This document shows, piece after piece, positions 8,826-17,732 of a DNA stretch of 64,000 nucleotides. Source of the DNA: Longimicrobiales bacterium (GTDB taxonomy: Bacteria; Gemmatimonadota; Gemmatimonadetes; Longimicrobiales; Gaopeijiaceae). The position numbers were made by a program, and so were the translations under genes. The stretch covers positions 1,920,001 to 1,984,000 of the forward strand of contig CBDFMQ010000002.1 in the NCBI GenBank assembly GCA_965249725.1. The letters run 5' to 3'. The notes under the pieces were generated by a model, which was not told where the DNA came from, did no database searches, and saw only the letters and a program-made list of their open reading frames with translations. Each line of letters starts with the position of its first letter. The first letter of the stretch is position 1.

Positions 8826-10514
8826 ATGAGCGAGAAGCGCACGCGACGGACCTATCAGACCCGGTTCGCGAGAGTTGTCCGCCTGGTTCTCCTGTCACTC
8901 TTGACGGGCACCCTGTCTTGTGGCGGTGGCGGCGGAGATGATCCGGACGAGCCGACAGGCCCGAATGCCCCTCAGACCAATTTCACTGAGGACACGAGCG
9001 TCTCAGGCGTGGTCACCCTTACCGAGCTCACCGTTGCGGCTGGGGTCACCATCACCGCCACCGGCAATCTCGTCTGCGACATCGAGGGCGACATCGTGAT
9101 CGACGGGGACCTGGTGGGCGACTGCGTGGAGATCACAGTGTTCGGCCAGGGCAGTCTTACCATCAACGGAACGATCCGCAACCAGTGCAGTGTCCCTCCG
9201 GCAACTGGCGCGGCGCCGACCCTTCTCATCGCCAACCAGGGCGACATGAGCTTGACCGGGGCCACGATCCGGTCCTCTGGCAGGATCGACATCATGAATT
9301 CCAACCTGGGGGTGCCCCTATTCGACGGGAACCCGGCGGACGTGCCGTCCCCCTCGGGCGAGCCACCAGCGGTCCTCAGCATCGTCAATAGCACGATCGA
9401 GGTGGGGCCTGAACGGGCCCCCGACGGACAGGCCGGCACTGACGGCGAGACCGGCGACCTTGTTCTGATCATTGCGAATGGAGACATCGTGTTCGGCGGC
9501 ACCACGTTCATCAAGAGCCAGGACGGGGGGAACGGCGCCGACGCCGTGCATGAGGGAGCTCCGGCCGATGCGGTGGGCAGCCGTGGGGGCTTCGGTGGTC
9601 CGCTCGAGATCCTGGCCTCCGGGAAGATCGACTTTGGGGCCGGGAGTGTGACGATCCAGTCGGGGAGAGGCGGAGACGGGGGCGGCGCCACCGCCATCGG
9701 GACTCCAGGGAGCGGCGTGGCCGCCCCGGATGCTCGGGCTGAGGGTGGGGCCGGAGAGAGCGGGGGCGAGTTACGGATCTTCGGGGTCGCCGGCGTGCTG
9801 GGGGGTGTGAATTCCAATGTACGGATGGGTGGATCCGGTGCGGGCGGATGGGCCGAGGCGACCGGACCGGACGGCGATCCGGAGCAATGCACGAATGGGC
9901 AGGCTCAGTCGGGGGGAGGAGCGACGGCGGCGGGCGGAGAAGGATCTTCTTCTCCTGAGGGACCAGTGATCTTTGGTGCGTCCATCATCTTCGACAGGGA
10001 TCCCGTTGAAGGCGGAGACGGCGGAGACGGCGGAGACGCCCGCTCTGACGGCGGTCGGGGCGCCGACGGCTCCGGCGACTGTAGGCTTCGCGGTGGAGAC
10101 GGGGGCGGAAGCTCTGCCTGGGGAGGTGACGGAGCCGACTCCAGGACGTTCAATCTAGAGGGCAATCCAGCCGGTGAGGGTGGCCTTCCCGGCAACATCG
10201 TGCTTGAGGGTGGAACTGGCGGAAGTGGATTCAACGCTTGTTCGCCCCCGGACATAGGCGGGGAGGGTGGGACTGGGGGGACTGCCGGGGGCCGCGTGGC
10301 GCTCGGGGGGGCTGGGAGGAGTGGATCTGGAGGCCCCGGCCCATTCACGCTGAACGGGGTGGGCAACGGTGGAAACGGGGGAGATGGAGGAGGAGAGGCG
10401 GGCCCAGGGGCGGGCGGGCCTGCGGGCGAAGACATATTGGAGCGGCAGGGCGGTGTCGGCAGCGCGCCCACTCCCTCATTCCTGCCCGGCCAAGCAGGCG
10501 GGCAATGTAGCTAG
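8826..10514 (+). CDS. Glycine-rich putative lipoprotein (surface protein)
   Basis: Basic N-terminus, hydrophobic stretch, LTGTLSC lipobox-like motif, beta-rich region, then many GGxGGxGG repeats. Confidence 0.7.
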   Translation: MSEKRTRRTYQTRFARVVRLVLLSLLTGTLSCGGGGGDDPDEPTGPNAPQTNFTEDTSVSGVVTLTELTVAAGVTITATGNLVCDIEGDIVIDGDLVGDCVEITVFGQGSLTINGTIRNQCSVPPATGAAPTLLIANQGDMSLTGATIRSSGRIDIMNSNLGVPLFDGNPADVPSPSGEPPAVLSIVNSTIEVGPERAPDGQAGTDGETGDLVLIIANGDIVFGGTTFIKSQDGGNGADAVHEGAPADAVGSRGGFGGPLEILASGKIDFGAGSVTIQSGRGGDGGGATAIGTPGSGVAAPDARAEGGAGESGGELRIFGVAGVLGGVNSNVRMGGSGAGGWAEATGPDGDPEQCTNGQAQSGGGATAAGGEGSSSPEGPVIFGASIIFDRDPVEGGDGGDGGDARSDGGRGADGSGDCRLRGGDGGGSSAWGGDGADSRTFNLEGNPAGEGGLPGNIVLEGGTGGSGFNACSPPDIGGEGGTGGTAGGRVALGGAGRSGSGGPGPFTLNGVGNGGNGGDGGGEAGPGAGGPAGEDILERQGGVGSAPTPSFLPGQAGGQCS

Positions 10515-10699
10515 CGGTTCGGTTGGGTCGGACGTTATGTGGCCATTGCCCCCGATGGGTCGAGCATGATCCGGCGGAGAGACCCTGAATGTCCCTCGAC
10601 TGCTTCGAAGAAGGCACGTGTTACGTCCTTGTTCTTGCGATCCTCGAGCTGTTACCAGAGCGTGATCTGGGCTCCAGGTCCATCGGGATCGCCCACCCC

Positions 10700-12457
10700 T
10701 CAGTCTTGGACGCTGAACGCGACGTCGGATGCCAGAACGTCACCATCGTCCTTGAGCACGCCCTCGGCCTCGCCTCTGATAGCAAGACCGGCCTCAAGGG
10801 CCTCGGCCGCCGCACCCAAGCTCTCGAACTGCCCGTGGAAGACCGTGAGCTCGTTCACGGTAACCGTTACCTCGTCATCGCCCGTTACCAACGTGAAGGT
10901 GCCGGCGTCCGGGTTCACGGCCGTCACGGTGCCGCCGACATCCACCTCGTCGACGTCCTCTTGATCGTCCTCTTGATCGTCCTCTTGATCGTCTTCTTGG
11001 ACGCCGAACGCTACGTCGGATGCCAGAACGCTGCCGTCGTCCTGGAGCTGGCCCTCGGCCTCGCCTCTGACGGTGTGGCCGGCCTCGAGGGCCTCGGCCA
11101 CCCCAACCAGGCTCTCGATCTGTCCGTGGAAGTGGGTGTGCTCGTTCACGACGACCGTCACCTCGTGATCGCCCTTCGCCAACGTAAAGGTGCCTCCGTC
11201 CGGGTGGACCGCCGTGACGTGGCCCCAGACCTCGACCTGCTCGACCTCGTCTTTCCTGACTGAGAACTCGACCTCGGTCGCCAGCAGGGTGCCGTCGTCC
11301 TGGAGCAGGCCCTCGGCTTCGGCGTGGATTACGTGGTCGGAGAGGAGGGCCTCGGCAACCGCCACGAGGCTCTCAAAGTCACCCTCGAGCTCGGTGTAGT
11401 CGTCCACGGCGACCGTCACTTGGTGATCGCCCTTCACCAACGTGAAGGTGTCCTCGTCCGGGTGGACCGACGTGACATGGCCCTTTACCTCGACCTCGTC
11501 ATCGTCGTCCCCTTCCGGGTCCTCTCCGTCGGTCTCGAACTCGACCTTGACCGCGCGCATGGAACCGTCGTCCAGGAGCGTACCCTTGGCCTCGGCCCGC
11601 ACGGCCTCTTCCGCGGCCAGGGCTTCGGATACGGCCTCGAGAGTGAACAGATCACCGTCGATCTCCGTATGATCGTCCACCCGGACCACGGTCTCGTCCA
11701 GCAGCGTGAAGCTACCGTCGCCGACCGACATGACGAGACCTTCGACCTCGTCCAGCTCCTCGCCGTCTTCGTTCTCGTCCTCCGACTCGAGCTCACCGAT
11801 CTTCTTGCCGTCCTCGCCCCGCACCTGAAGCTCGGGAGAGATCTTGAGCACGCCGGACCCGGTGGCCGTCACCTTGCGGACTGTGGCTCCGCCATCGACG
11901 ACGATCGTTAGGATCTCGCCGCCCGCATCCACCGTGAACTCGGCATGGAGACGGAGCCCGTTCTGCTCGGCGCTCGGGATCGATAGGGGGTGCTCGCCTG
12001 CCTCGTAGGTGGTTCGCCCAACTCGGACATCGGTGTTCAGCGTGATCGTGGGATCCGCGGTCAGGAAGAGCCGAAGCATCTGGTACTCGCCTGTGGGCAG
12101 CGAGCTGTCCAGGAGCTCGAACCCCTCGTCCGGCAGGTTGAGCAGGTCCAAGCTAGCGTTCACCACTCCGGCGTCCACCCAGCCCCCGTCCGCTCGCTTC
12201 GCATCCACGCGGCCGATTTCCAGCGTGATGGAGACCACCTTGTCCAGCGAGACGCTGGCCAAGGCCGGGCCGCCCGCGGTCGGGACAGGGCTAGAGTCCG
12301 CGCTGGGGGCCGACTGTACGACGATGCCGAACATGCCAGCCGGGACGTCCGTCAGTTCGTCTGTGAGTCCGGTGAGGCTCTGCGCGTCCGTGCACGCGCC
12401 TCCAGAGAGCGCTATCACTGCAGCGATCTGCCAAAGTCGTCGGATAGTCCGTGTCAT
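10700..12457 (-). CDS. Lipoprotein with a DUF4382-like domain and four DUF5666-like repeats
   Basis: ALSGGAC lipobox; 'LDLLNL..LPTGEYQMLRL' DUF4382-like segment; four repeats 'EV.G.VT.V..D..TFTL..V.V...T....A.G.L.DDG..LA..V.F'. Confidence 0.8.
   Translation of the reverse strand: MTRTIRRLWQIAAVIALSGGACTDAQSLTGLTDELTDVPAGMFGIVVQSAPSADSSPVPTAGGPALASVSLDKVVSITLEIGRVDAKRADGGWVDAGVVNASLDLLNLPDEGFELLDSSLPTGEYQMLRLFLTADPTITLNTDVRVGRTTYEAGEHPLSIPSAEQNGLRLHAEFTVDAGGEILTIVVDGGATVRKVTATGSGVLKISPELQVRGEDGKKIGELESEDENEDGEELDEVEGLVMSVGDGSFTLLDETVVRVDDHTEIDGDLFTLEAVSEALAAEEAVRAEAKGTLLDDGSMRAVKVEFETDGEDPEGDDDDEVEVKGHVTSVHPDEDTFTLVKGDHQVTVAVDDYTELEGDFESLVAVAEALLSDHVIHAEAEGLLQDDGTLLATEVEFSVRKDEVEQVEVWGHVTAVHPDGGTFTLAKGDHEVTVVVNEHTHFHGQIESLVGVAEALEAGHTVRGEAEGQLQDDGSVLASDVAFGVQEDDQEDDQEDDQEDVDEVDVGGTVTAVNPDAGTFTLVTGDDEVTVTVNELTVFHGQFESLGAAAEALEAGLAIRGEAEGVLKDDGDVLASDVAFSVQD
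10955..11000. repeat. 12-bp coding tandem repeat (EDDQ linker)
   Basis: TCGTCCTCTTGA-type unit repeated about 3-4 times inside the CDS. Confidence 0.8.
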
Positions 12458-12521
12458 CGGTCTTCACCTGGTTCGAGTTCTCCCGTTCGAGTGCAGAAGC
12501 CCGGCGCGGCCACGATTCAGC

Positions 12522-12595
12522 AAAAAAAAACGAGGACCGTGCTCGGTGCCGGGGAGCCCCCTAAGGGTCTGCCCGGCAGCGTAACACGGTCCTCG
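12522..12595 (-). terminator. Long hairpin followed by U9 in the 5' leader of the DUF5666 gene
   Basis: Perfect 11-bp outer stem CGAGGACCGTG/CACGGTCCTCG, inner TGCCGGG/CCCGGCA stem, then 9 T on the minus strand. Confidence 0.7.
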
Positions 12596-12630
12596 CGGAC
12601 CCGGTCGCTACTCTGCCTGCCCCGCTTTCG

Positions 12631-12646
12631 TGCACCTTTTGTGCCA
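12631..12646 (-). promoter_or_regulatory. Candidate sigma54 -24/-12 promoter
   Basis: Minus strand TGGCACAAAAGGTGCA has exact GG-N10-GC spacing. Confidence 0.55.
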
Positions 12647-12932
12647 GCGGGTGGTTGCGGGGGCCGTAACTACTGGAGGTGTATGGACTTCCACACGGAG
12701 CAATCCGGGCGCTGCACCCTCATCGTGCGGCATCACCTCTCGCGAAAGGCGTCAAAAGGTATCCGACTTGCGACAATTCTGCCCATCGCGAAGCGACGTG
12801 CCGTCCGTCCAGTGGGGGGCCGGGTCAGTCGGGCACCCGCTCCTTCAGGCCGCCTTGAGGTGATTCAGGGTGTGTTCGGTATCTTAATCGGCCGCCGGGA
12901 GCACCGTTAGGTTTCAGTCACGGACCTGACGC

Positions 12933-13751
12933 ATGACCCGCGAGACCTCGGACGCGTGGAGACCTACCAACGTGAAACTCAGAGGCTATTTGGCCTTATC
13001 CCTCGCCGCCGTCTTTCTGCTGGCTGGCGACCCGATTCAGCGCCTTGTCATCTGCCCTGCGACGCGCATGTTTCCTTCGGCCGGGCCACATATACTGGGA
13101 GCATGGCAGCGCTTTCTCGCGCGCGTAGTGTTTTTCATCCTAGGCTGGATCGGCGGCGCGGCTCTGCCGGCGGCTCCCCGCATCCCGGGAGAGGCTGGGG
13201 TCCTTATTCTCATGAACCACCAGTCTTTCCTAGACATTCCCCTGATCATTGCGTCCCTTGACGGCTTCTATCCCAGGATCGTCACCCGCAGTAGGTATGC
13301 CAGGTGGATTCCCCTCATCTCCCACACTCTCAGGAAATTCGCGTACCCCTTGGTGGATCCCGGGGCGAAGGCAGGCACGGGGAGGCGAAACCTAGACGAC
13401 CTAGCTGAGGTGGCACGCACCAGTGCCGTCCCGCTGGCCCTGTTTCCCGAGGGCAGACGCACCAGGGACGGCAAGATCGGTCGCTTCAGGACCAGAGGCC
13501 TGGAGAGGATTCTGGGAGCAAGGGATTGGAGCGTATACGTTCTCGTCTGTGACGGCTACTGGAAGCACGCCACATTCGTACAATTCCTGGGGGAGATCAG
13601 TGGCATCGAAGGTCGTGTGAGTCTGCACGGGCCCTTCCCGTGGACGGACCCCGATTCCGACCCGGGCGCGTTCATCGCGGGCATCCGCGAGGTCATGGTG
13701 GAAGAGCTGGCGCGGGTGCGGACGGCGGCCCCCGCAATGGCGCTCCCCTAG
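12933..13751 (+). CDS. Lysophospholipid acyltransferase (PlsC-like)
   Basis: NHQSFLD and FPEGRRT motifs; true start may be slightly downstream. Confidence 0.9.
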   Translation: MTRETSDAWRPTNVKLRGYLALSLAAVFLLAGDPIQRLVICPATRMFPSAGPHILGAWQRFLARVVFFILGWIGGAALPAAPRIPGEAGVLILMNHQSFLDIPLIIASLDGFYPRIVTRSRYARWIPLISHTLRKFAYPLVDPGAKAGTGRRNLDDLAEVARTSAVPLALFPEGRRTRDGKIGRFRTRGLERILGARDWSVYVLVCDGYWKHATFVQFLGEISGIEGRVSLHGPFPWTDPDSDPGAFIAGIREVMVEELARVRTAAPAMALP

Positions 13752-13812
13752 CCCTCCAATACCTCAGTCCACAGAAGTGCAACACCGACTAGATCGAGTC
13801 TAAAGAGCCGCA

Positions 13813-13835
13813 CTCCAATACCTTCTCCAATACGT
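13813..13835 (+). repeat. 12-bp-period direct repeat (arm-site-like); extra copy at 13754
   Basis: CTCCAATACCTT-CTCCAATACGT. Confidence 0.55.
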
Positions 13836-13856
13836 ACCCCCCCAGGGTCTCTGGGA

Positions 13857-13949
13857 TACCGTGCCCTCTCCGTCCGTGACGAGGACACCTGGATCTGGTT
13901 CTGGATCGGCTCCCATTCCGATTACGACCAATTGCTCTCTCGTTTGTAG
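13857..13949 (+). pseudogene. C-terminal remnant of a ParE/RelE-like toxin
   Basis: Translates YRALSVRDEDTWIWFWIGSHSDYDQLLSRL*; WFWIGSH..YD ending typical of a RelE-superfamily toxin group; no start codon. Confidence 0.7.
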
Positions 13950-13960
13950 CCCCTTAGATC

Positions 13961-13989
13961 TGGACACGGTAGCACGTTAGTGCTATGTT
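13961..13989 (+). promoter_or_regulatory. sigma70-type promoter with overlapping operator palindrome for the AbrB-Doc operon
   Basis: TGGACA-N17-TATGTT; inverted repeat TAGCAC-GTTA-GTGCTA at 13970-13985. Confidence 0.6.
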
Positions 13990-14032
13990 GCCTTCGCGCT
14001 TCACCTTTGCACTTCAGCCTTTCGAGGTACCC

Positions 14033-14260
14033 ATGGTCCGCACTGTCACGCTACGCAAGATGGGTGGCTCCGTCGGTGCCACTCTCCCCAAGGATCTGGC
14101 TGACCGTCTGCATCTCGATGTGGGCGATCAGGTCTTCGTGGTCGCCACCGACAAGGGCCTACTCATTACCCCGTACGATCCGACCTTTGAGGAGGCGATG
14201 GCTGTTTACCGCCGCGGGGCAAAGAAGTATAAGAATGCCCTTCGTGAACTTGCAAAGTAG
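14033..14260 (+). CDS. AbrB/MazE family antitoxin
   Basis: 'LRKMGGSVGATLPKD..L.L.VGD', ends YKNALRELAK; directly upstream of doc. Confidence 0.9.
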   Translation: MVRTVTLRKMGGSVGATLPKDLADRLHLDVGDQVFVVATDKGLLITPYDPTFEEAMAVYRRGAKKYKNALRELAK

Positions 14261-14269
14261 ACTCATCCC

Positions 14270-14668
14270 TTGCCGACCGAGCCCACCTGGCTCAACCGCC
14301 CGATTGTCGAAGCACTTCATGCCGACCAGATCCTGGAGCATGGAGGTAGCCTCGGCATTCGCGACGTCGGGCTACTCGAGTCCGCCCTAACTCGGCCGCA
14401 GCAGAAGTGGCACTACACACCCGGCACGGACCTGGCGACTCATGCAGCCGCATACGCCTTCGGCATCGCCAAGAACCATCCCTTTATCGACGGGAACAAG
14501 CGGGCTGCGCTCGTTGCTGCCTATACTTTTCTCGCCATCAACGATTTTGAGCTCGCAGCGCCCGAGCCCGAAGCGGTTAACGCAATCGTCGGCCTCGCAG
14601 ATGGATCGCTTTCCGAGGAAGATCTCGCGTCGTGGATCCGATCCCATCTCACTCCCTGGATTGACTGA
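14270..14668 (+). CDS. doc: Death-on-curing (Doc/Fic) toxin
   Basis: HPFIDGNKR Fic motif; 'GIRDVGLLESALTRP'. Confidence 0.92.
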   Translation: MPTEPTWLNRPIVEALHADQILEHGGSLGIRDVGLLESALTRPQQKWHYTPGTDLATHAAAYAFGIAKNHPFIDGNKRAALVAAYTFLAINDFELAAPEPEAVNAIVGLADGSLSEEDLASWIRSHLTPWID

Positions 14669-14689
14669 ATCGCAACGCCCTTCAGTGGC

Positions 14690-14840
14690 GTCTAACGTTC
14701 CAGGGCCTCCGAACCGGCCCAATCACTTCTGTTCCGAACACCCTCGTTCTTCGTTCCAAGCACTTCTACTCACCAAGACCCGTCCGCTCATGGCCGGTTG
14801 GGTCGCAGCTCCCGAGCGCACAAGGGACCTCGGCTTAGGA
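14690..14840 (-). mobile_element. attC-like integron cassette recombination site
   Basis: Minus strand: R''-like TCCTAAG contains the stop codon of the preceding gene; internal AACCGGCC/GGCCGGTT stem; R' GTTAGAC fits GTTRRRY; shares about 27 nt with the 17865 site. Confidence 0.65.
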
Positions 14841-15477
14841 TGCTGACCCCCACCTTTCTGCCACGAGTCGATGCACGCCTCGCGAAGACCAATAGCCTGT
14901 GTGACTCTTCCGAAGATCCCAGGACGACCGCACGTGCCTGTCTTCAACTGCAACCGAGGGTTCCACCATCGGCCCCACCGGAAACGACACCGGATCGTTC
15001 TTATTCCACAAGTTCAGCCACCGAACAGCTGGCGAGGTGTCGTCGGAGGGCACCCCGTACCGGTGCGAGGGGGATTCTATCGCCATAACACAGCCCCCGG
15101 ACCGACGGGTCACTCCTCAGCGCGAGCATGCAGATCGGCGAACCCATGGTAACGAGCAGACGGAGGCGTACCCGACCCTCAACTACGTGCTCCTTGAAGC
15201 GCCTGAGCCGGTGCACCGCTCCAAACGTGTGCGAATCCCATTCGGTGTGGTCCCACCCCCACTCCACACCGCAAATCGCAGCCTGGTCCCATTCGGACCG
15301 AGACGTGGTCGAGAGGAAACGAAGTACCCCTTGATGGAATGAACCGTACTGGCGCGTGTGGGCGAATCCTGAATCCAATTCCACCTGACCAGGGTCGCGA
15401 GTGTCGCTCCGCGGACGCTCAAGTTCTGTTCCATGGGGCGACACACCGTGGATAAAGACGATCGCCTGCTTGTTCAT
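14835..15477 (-). pseudogene. Frameshifted and internally deleted alpha/beta-hydrolase-like cassette gene
   Basis: Two overlapping ORFs give VFIHGV..LLVTMGSPI and WLNLWNKNDPVSFP; GxSxG region missing. Confidence 0.55.
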
Positions 15478-15590
15478 CTCCTTCTCTCCCGGAGCCTTGG
15501 TCCATCGTCGCCGAACATCACCCTATCTCCCTTCCGTCCTTGGTCCCTCTCAGTCTACGCGGCCCGAATCGGCATTGCCTCGCTCAATAT

Positions 15591-15614
15591 TGGTCATTAT
15601 AGTCTATTTGACCA
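15591..15614 (+). promoter_or_regulatory. Operator palindrome upstream of the Phd-VapC operon
   Basis: TGGTCA-N12-TGACCA in an AT-rich stretch before RBS GGAGG. Confidence 0.55.
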
Positions 15615-15633
15615 TACTGACTGGAGGACTACC

Positions 15634-15912
15634 ATGTTGAAGAACCGATCTGTCTCCGAGGTGAAGGCCAAGCTCAGCGAGTACGTCCGCGAGGCCCAGC
15701 GCGGTGATCCGGTTGTGATCACTCGGCATGGCAAGGCGATCGCCGCACTCGTCGGCTCTGACGAACTCCAGACCCTCGAACGCCTCCGCTCGGCCGGTCC
15801 CGAAGGAGGGCTCGCGAGCGTGGCCGGGGGGTGGAAGGGTTCCGATGACCTCGTGCGCATCCTACGGACCTCCTCCCGTGTGGGGACCCGAAGCGGCCCT
15901 TCTCTCGACTGA
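15634..15912 (+). CDS. Phd/YefM family antitoxin
   Basis: 'SVSEVKAKLSEYV..A..G.PVVITRHGK.IAALV'. Confidence 0.92.
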   Translation: MLKNRSVSEVKAKLSEYVREAQRGDPVVITRHGKAIAALVGSDELQTLERLRSAGPEGGLASVAGGWKGSDDLVRILRTSSRVGTRSGPSLD

Positions 15913-15917
15913 TCATT

Positions 15918-16343
15918 TTGGTCTATCTCTTCGACACTGACGCGGTCTCGGAACTCCTGCGCCCCCGTCCTCTTCACCGCTATCTCGATTGGATCAGAAC
16001 TGTCCCGCGTGATGCCCAATTCGCCAGCGCTGTAACGATCGGCGAGCTCTTCAAAGGAGCCTATCGTTCCACCGCCAGAGAGCGCCACTTGACCAACATC
16101 GAGCAGCGGGTCCTGCTCGCTGTCACGATCCTCCCCTTCGATCTCTCCACCGCACGCGTCTTCGGTCAGATTCGAGCTGACCTTGAGCGCGACGGAAACA
16201 TCCTTCCCGACGCCGACCTGCAAATCGCAGCCACAGCCCTCTATCACGACCTCGAGTTGGTTACAGGCAACCTCTGCCATTTCCAACGCATTCCCAACCT
16301 CCGGCTGAATCACATCCTCTCCGACTCTCGCGTCGGTCGTTGA
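15918..16343 (+). CDS. vapC: VapC family PIN-domain toxin
   Basis: YLFDTDAVS, TIGEL, DLQIAATAL and LVTGN..HF motifs. Confidence 0.92.
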   Translation: MVYLFDTDAVSELLRPRPLHRYLDWIRTVPRDAQFASAVTIGELFKGAYRSTARERHLTNIEQRVLLAVTILPFDLSTARVFGQIRADLERDGNILPDADLQIAATALYHDLELVTGNLCHFQRIPNLRLNHILSDSRVGR

Positions 16344-16377
16344 CCCCAACACCACACCCGTATCCGCCCTCAGTTGC

Positions 16378-16460
16378 AGTTAACGTTCAAAGTTGCCGTC
16401 GCGGCTCGCGAATGCGAGCCGTGATCGTCGTAGTGAGCGTAGCGAACGAAGCCGGCAACC
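16378..16460 (-). mobile_element. Degenerate or truncated attC-like site
   Basis: TAACGTTC end like the other two sites; GTTGCCG/CGGCAAC and GGCTCGC/GCGAGCC stems; partner R box absent. Confidence 0.45.
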
Positions 16461-16574
16461 GCGACCCGCACGATGGGCGCTACCTGGATAGGAAGGTGCA
16501 GGTCGTGTCGGGTTGAACGCTGGACCACTCTGACCCTCTGGGCGATCTGCTCTCCCGCCGCCGCCGTGGTGCGG

Positions 16575-16946
16575 TCAGCTCGCGTGTTTCAGCGGCTTGA
16601 GGGTAGCGATCTCTTTGGCGCTCTCTGACCTCAGCGCGTGCCACAGGTCCCAATCCTGCTGGAGTCCCAACCAGAAGTCAGCACTCATTCCAGTCACCCT
16701 TGCCAACCGAAGGGCAGTGTCTGGCGTCACGCTCCGCTTTCCATTGATCACCTCGTTAAGCCGCGGAAACGAGACGCCGAGCTGAATCGCGAAAGCGGAT
16801 TGAGTGATCTCTAGAGGCTTCAGAAACTCCTCAAGTAGCATTTCGCCAGGATGGGTCGGAGGCCGATGCGTAGGCAGGCGTCGCTCTACGAGTGGCTCCT
16901 TCCCTGCGCCTCTAGTGATAGTCCGTGACTTCGACCTTGTAGGCAT
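16575..16946 (-). CDS. higA: HigA family antitoxin (start uncertain)
   Basis: PPTHPGEMLLEEFLKPL, TPDTALRLA and FWLGLQ motifs. Confidence 0.9.
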   Translation of the reverse strand: MPTRSKSRTITRGAGKEPLVERRLPTHRPPTHPGEMLLEEFLKPLEITQSAFAIQLGVSFPRLNEVINGKRSVTPDTALRLARVTGMSADFWLGLQQDWDLWHALRSESAKEIATLKPLKHAS

Positions 16947-17205
16947 TGCTCTCCTCCCAACGGAAACAGATCCGGTACTGTTCATTGATCCGAATGCTAT
17001 GTTGACCTTCCCGGCCTCCCCTCAGTTTCTCCAGGCGATTCCCGGGCGGAACACTCAACTCCGGAAGGTCCTTTACGCGATTCAGTTGGTCCAATTTGCG
17101 ACGCACCACCGGCCAAAGAGCCTGCGGGCAGGCCCTCCGCGCCCGGCGGCTGTCCAGACCGAGAAAAAGGTCTTCCGTGGCACTGTCAGCAAAAGAGTGT
17201 ATCAC
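16912..17205 (-). CDS. higB: HigB (RelE/ParE) toxin
   Basis: PPGNRLEKLRG.REGQHSIRINEQYRICF..VTDYH. Confidence 0.93.
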   Translation of the reverse strand: MIHSFADSATEDLFLGLDSRRARRACPQALWPVVRRKLDQLNRVKDLPELSVPPGNRLEKLRGGREGQHSIRINEQYRICFRWEESNAYKVEVTDYH

Positions 17206-17213
17206 GGCATCTA

Positions 17214-17264
17214 TTATAATACATCGCGGAATTCCCAGCCAGCACCGGGGGCATCATCACTCAT
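17214..17264 (-). pseudogene. Possible N-terminal stub of mobile mystery protein B (Fic)
   Basis: ATG overlapping the end of MMP-A reads MSDDAPGA, then unrelated sequence and a stop; MMP-B normally continues PGATPLD. Confidence 0.5.
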
Positions 17265-17730
17265 CAATCACGGACCAGAGCCGCGACGGAGACTCGATAA
17301 GGCTTGCAGCTAGATCGAGAGTCCTACGTTCCAGGTCCGAGCCAGGGTCTTGGTCCTCCAACCGCATAGTGTGACGGACGGAGCCCGCTATCCGAGTCGC
17401 GAGCTTCAAGGCGCGGTCCGATAGCATCGCCAGAAGCGGTCGCTCAGGGACAACAGCGTAGACGACACGCGCACCGAGTGCTTCCGCTGCCTGTTCCAAG
17501 GCACTGAGTGTGATAGAGCCGTCGACCTCTCGCTTCTCAAGTTGGCTAATGGCCTGCCGCGAAACGCGCATCCGGTGGGCAAGGTGAGACTGAGGCATAC
17601 CTAGCGCCCGTCGAAGCGTCGCGATCCACCCGCGACGGGGGCGCTCAAACAGACCACTTGCCTCGCGGATGTTGGCTAGGCGTTCGTCGAGCTTGCGGCG
17701 CGCAATCACATCAACGGGACGTTCGGACAT
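17257..17730 (-). CDS. Mobile mystery protein A (XRE-HTH)
   Basis: 'RPRRGWIATLRRALGM..LA.RM.VSRQAISQLEKRE..GSITL' and 'HTMRLEDQ'. Confidence 0.88.
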   Translation of the reverse strand: MSERPVDVIARRKLDERLANIREASGLFERPRRGWIATLRRALGMPQSHLAHRMRVSRQAISQLEKREVDGSITLSALEQAAEALGARVVYAVVPERPLLAMLSDRALKLATRIAGSVRHTMRLEDQDPGSDLERRTLDLAASLIESPSRLWSVIDE

Positions 17731-17732
17731 GG

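Noticed and set aside
10512..10620. Stop-codon read-through (pyrrolysine-type) of the Gly-rich gene
   Set aside because: The downstream frame soon runs antisense into the next gene, and there is no supporting machinery in the window.
12480..12660. c-di-GMP-I or c-di-AMP riboswitch
   Set aside because: Only isolated words match (GAAA, GCTGAATC); the conserved stems and order are absent. Reported as an unknown structure instead.
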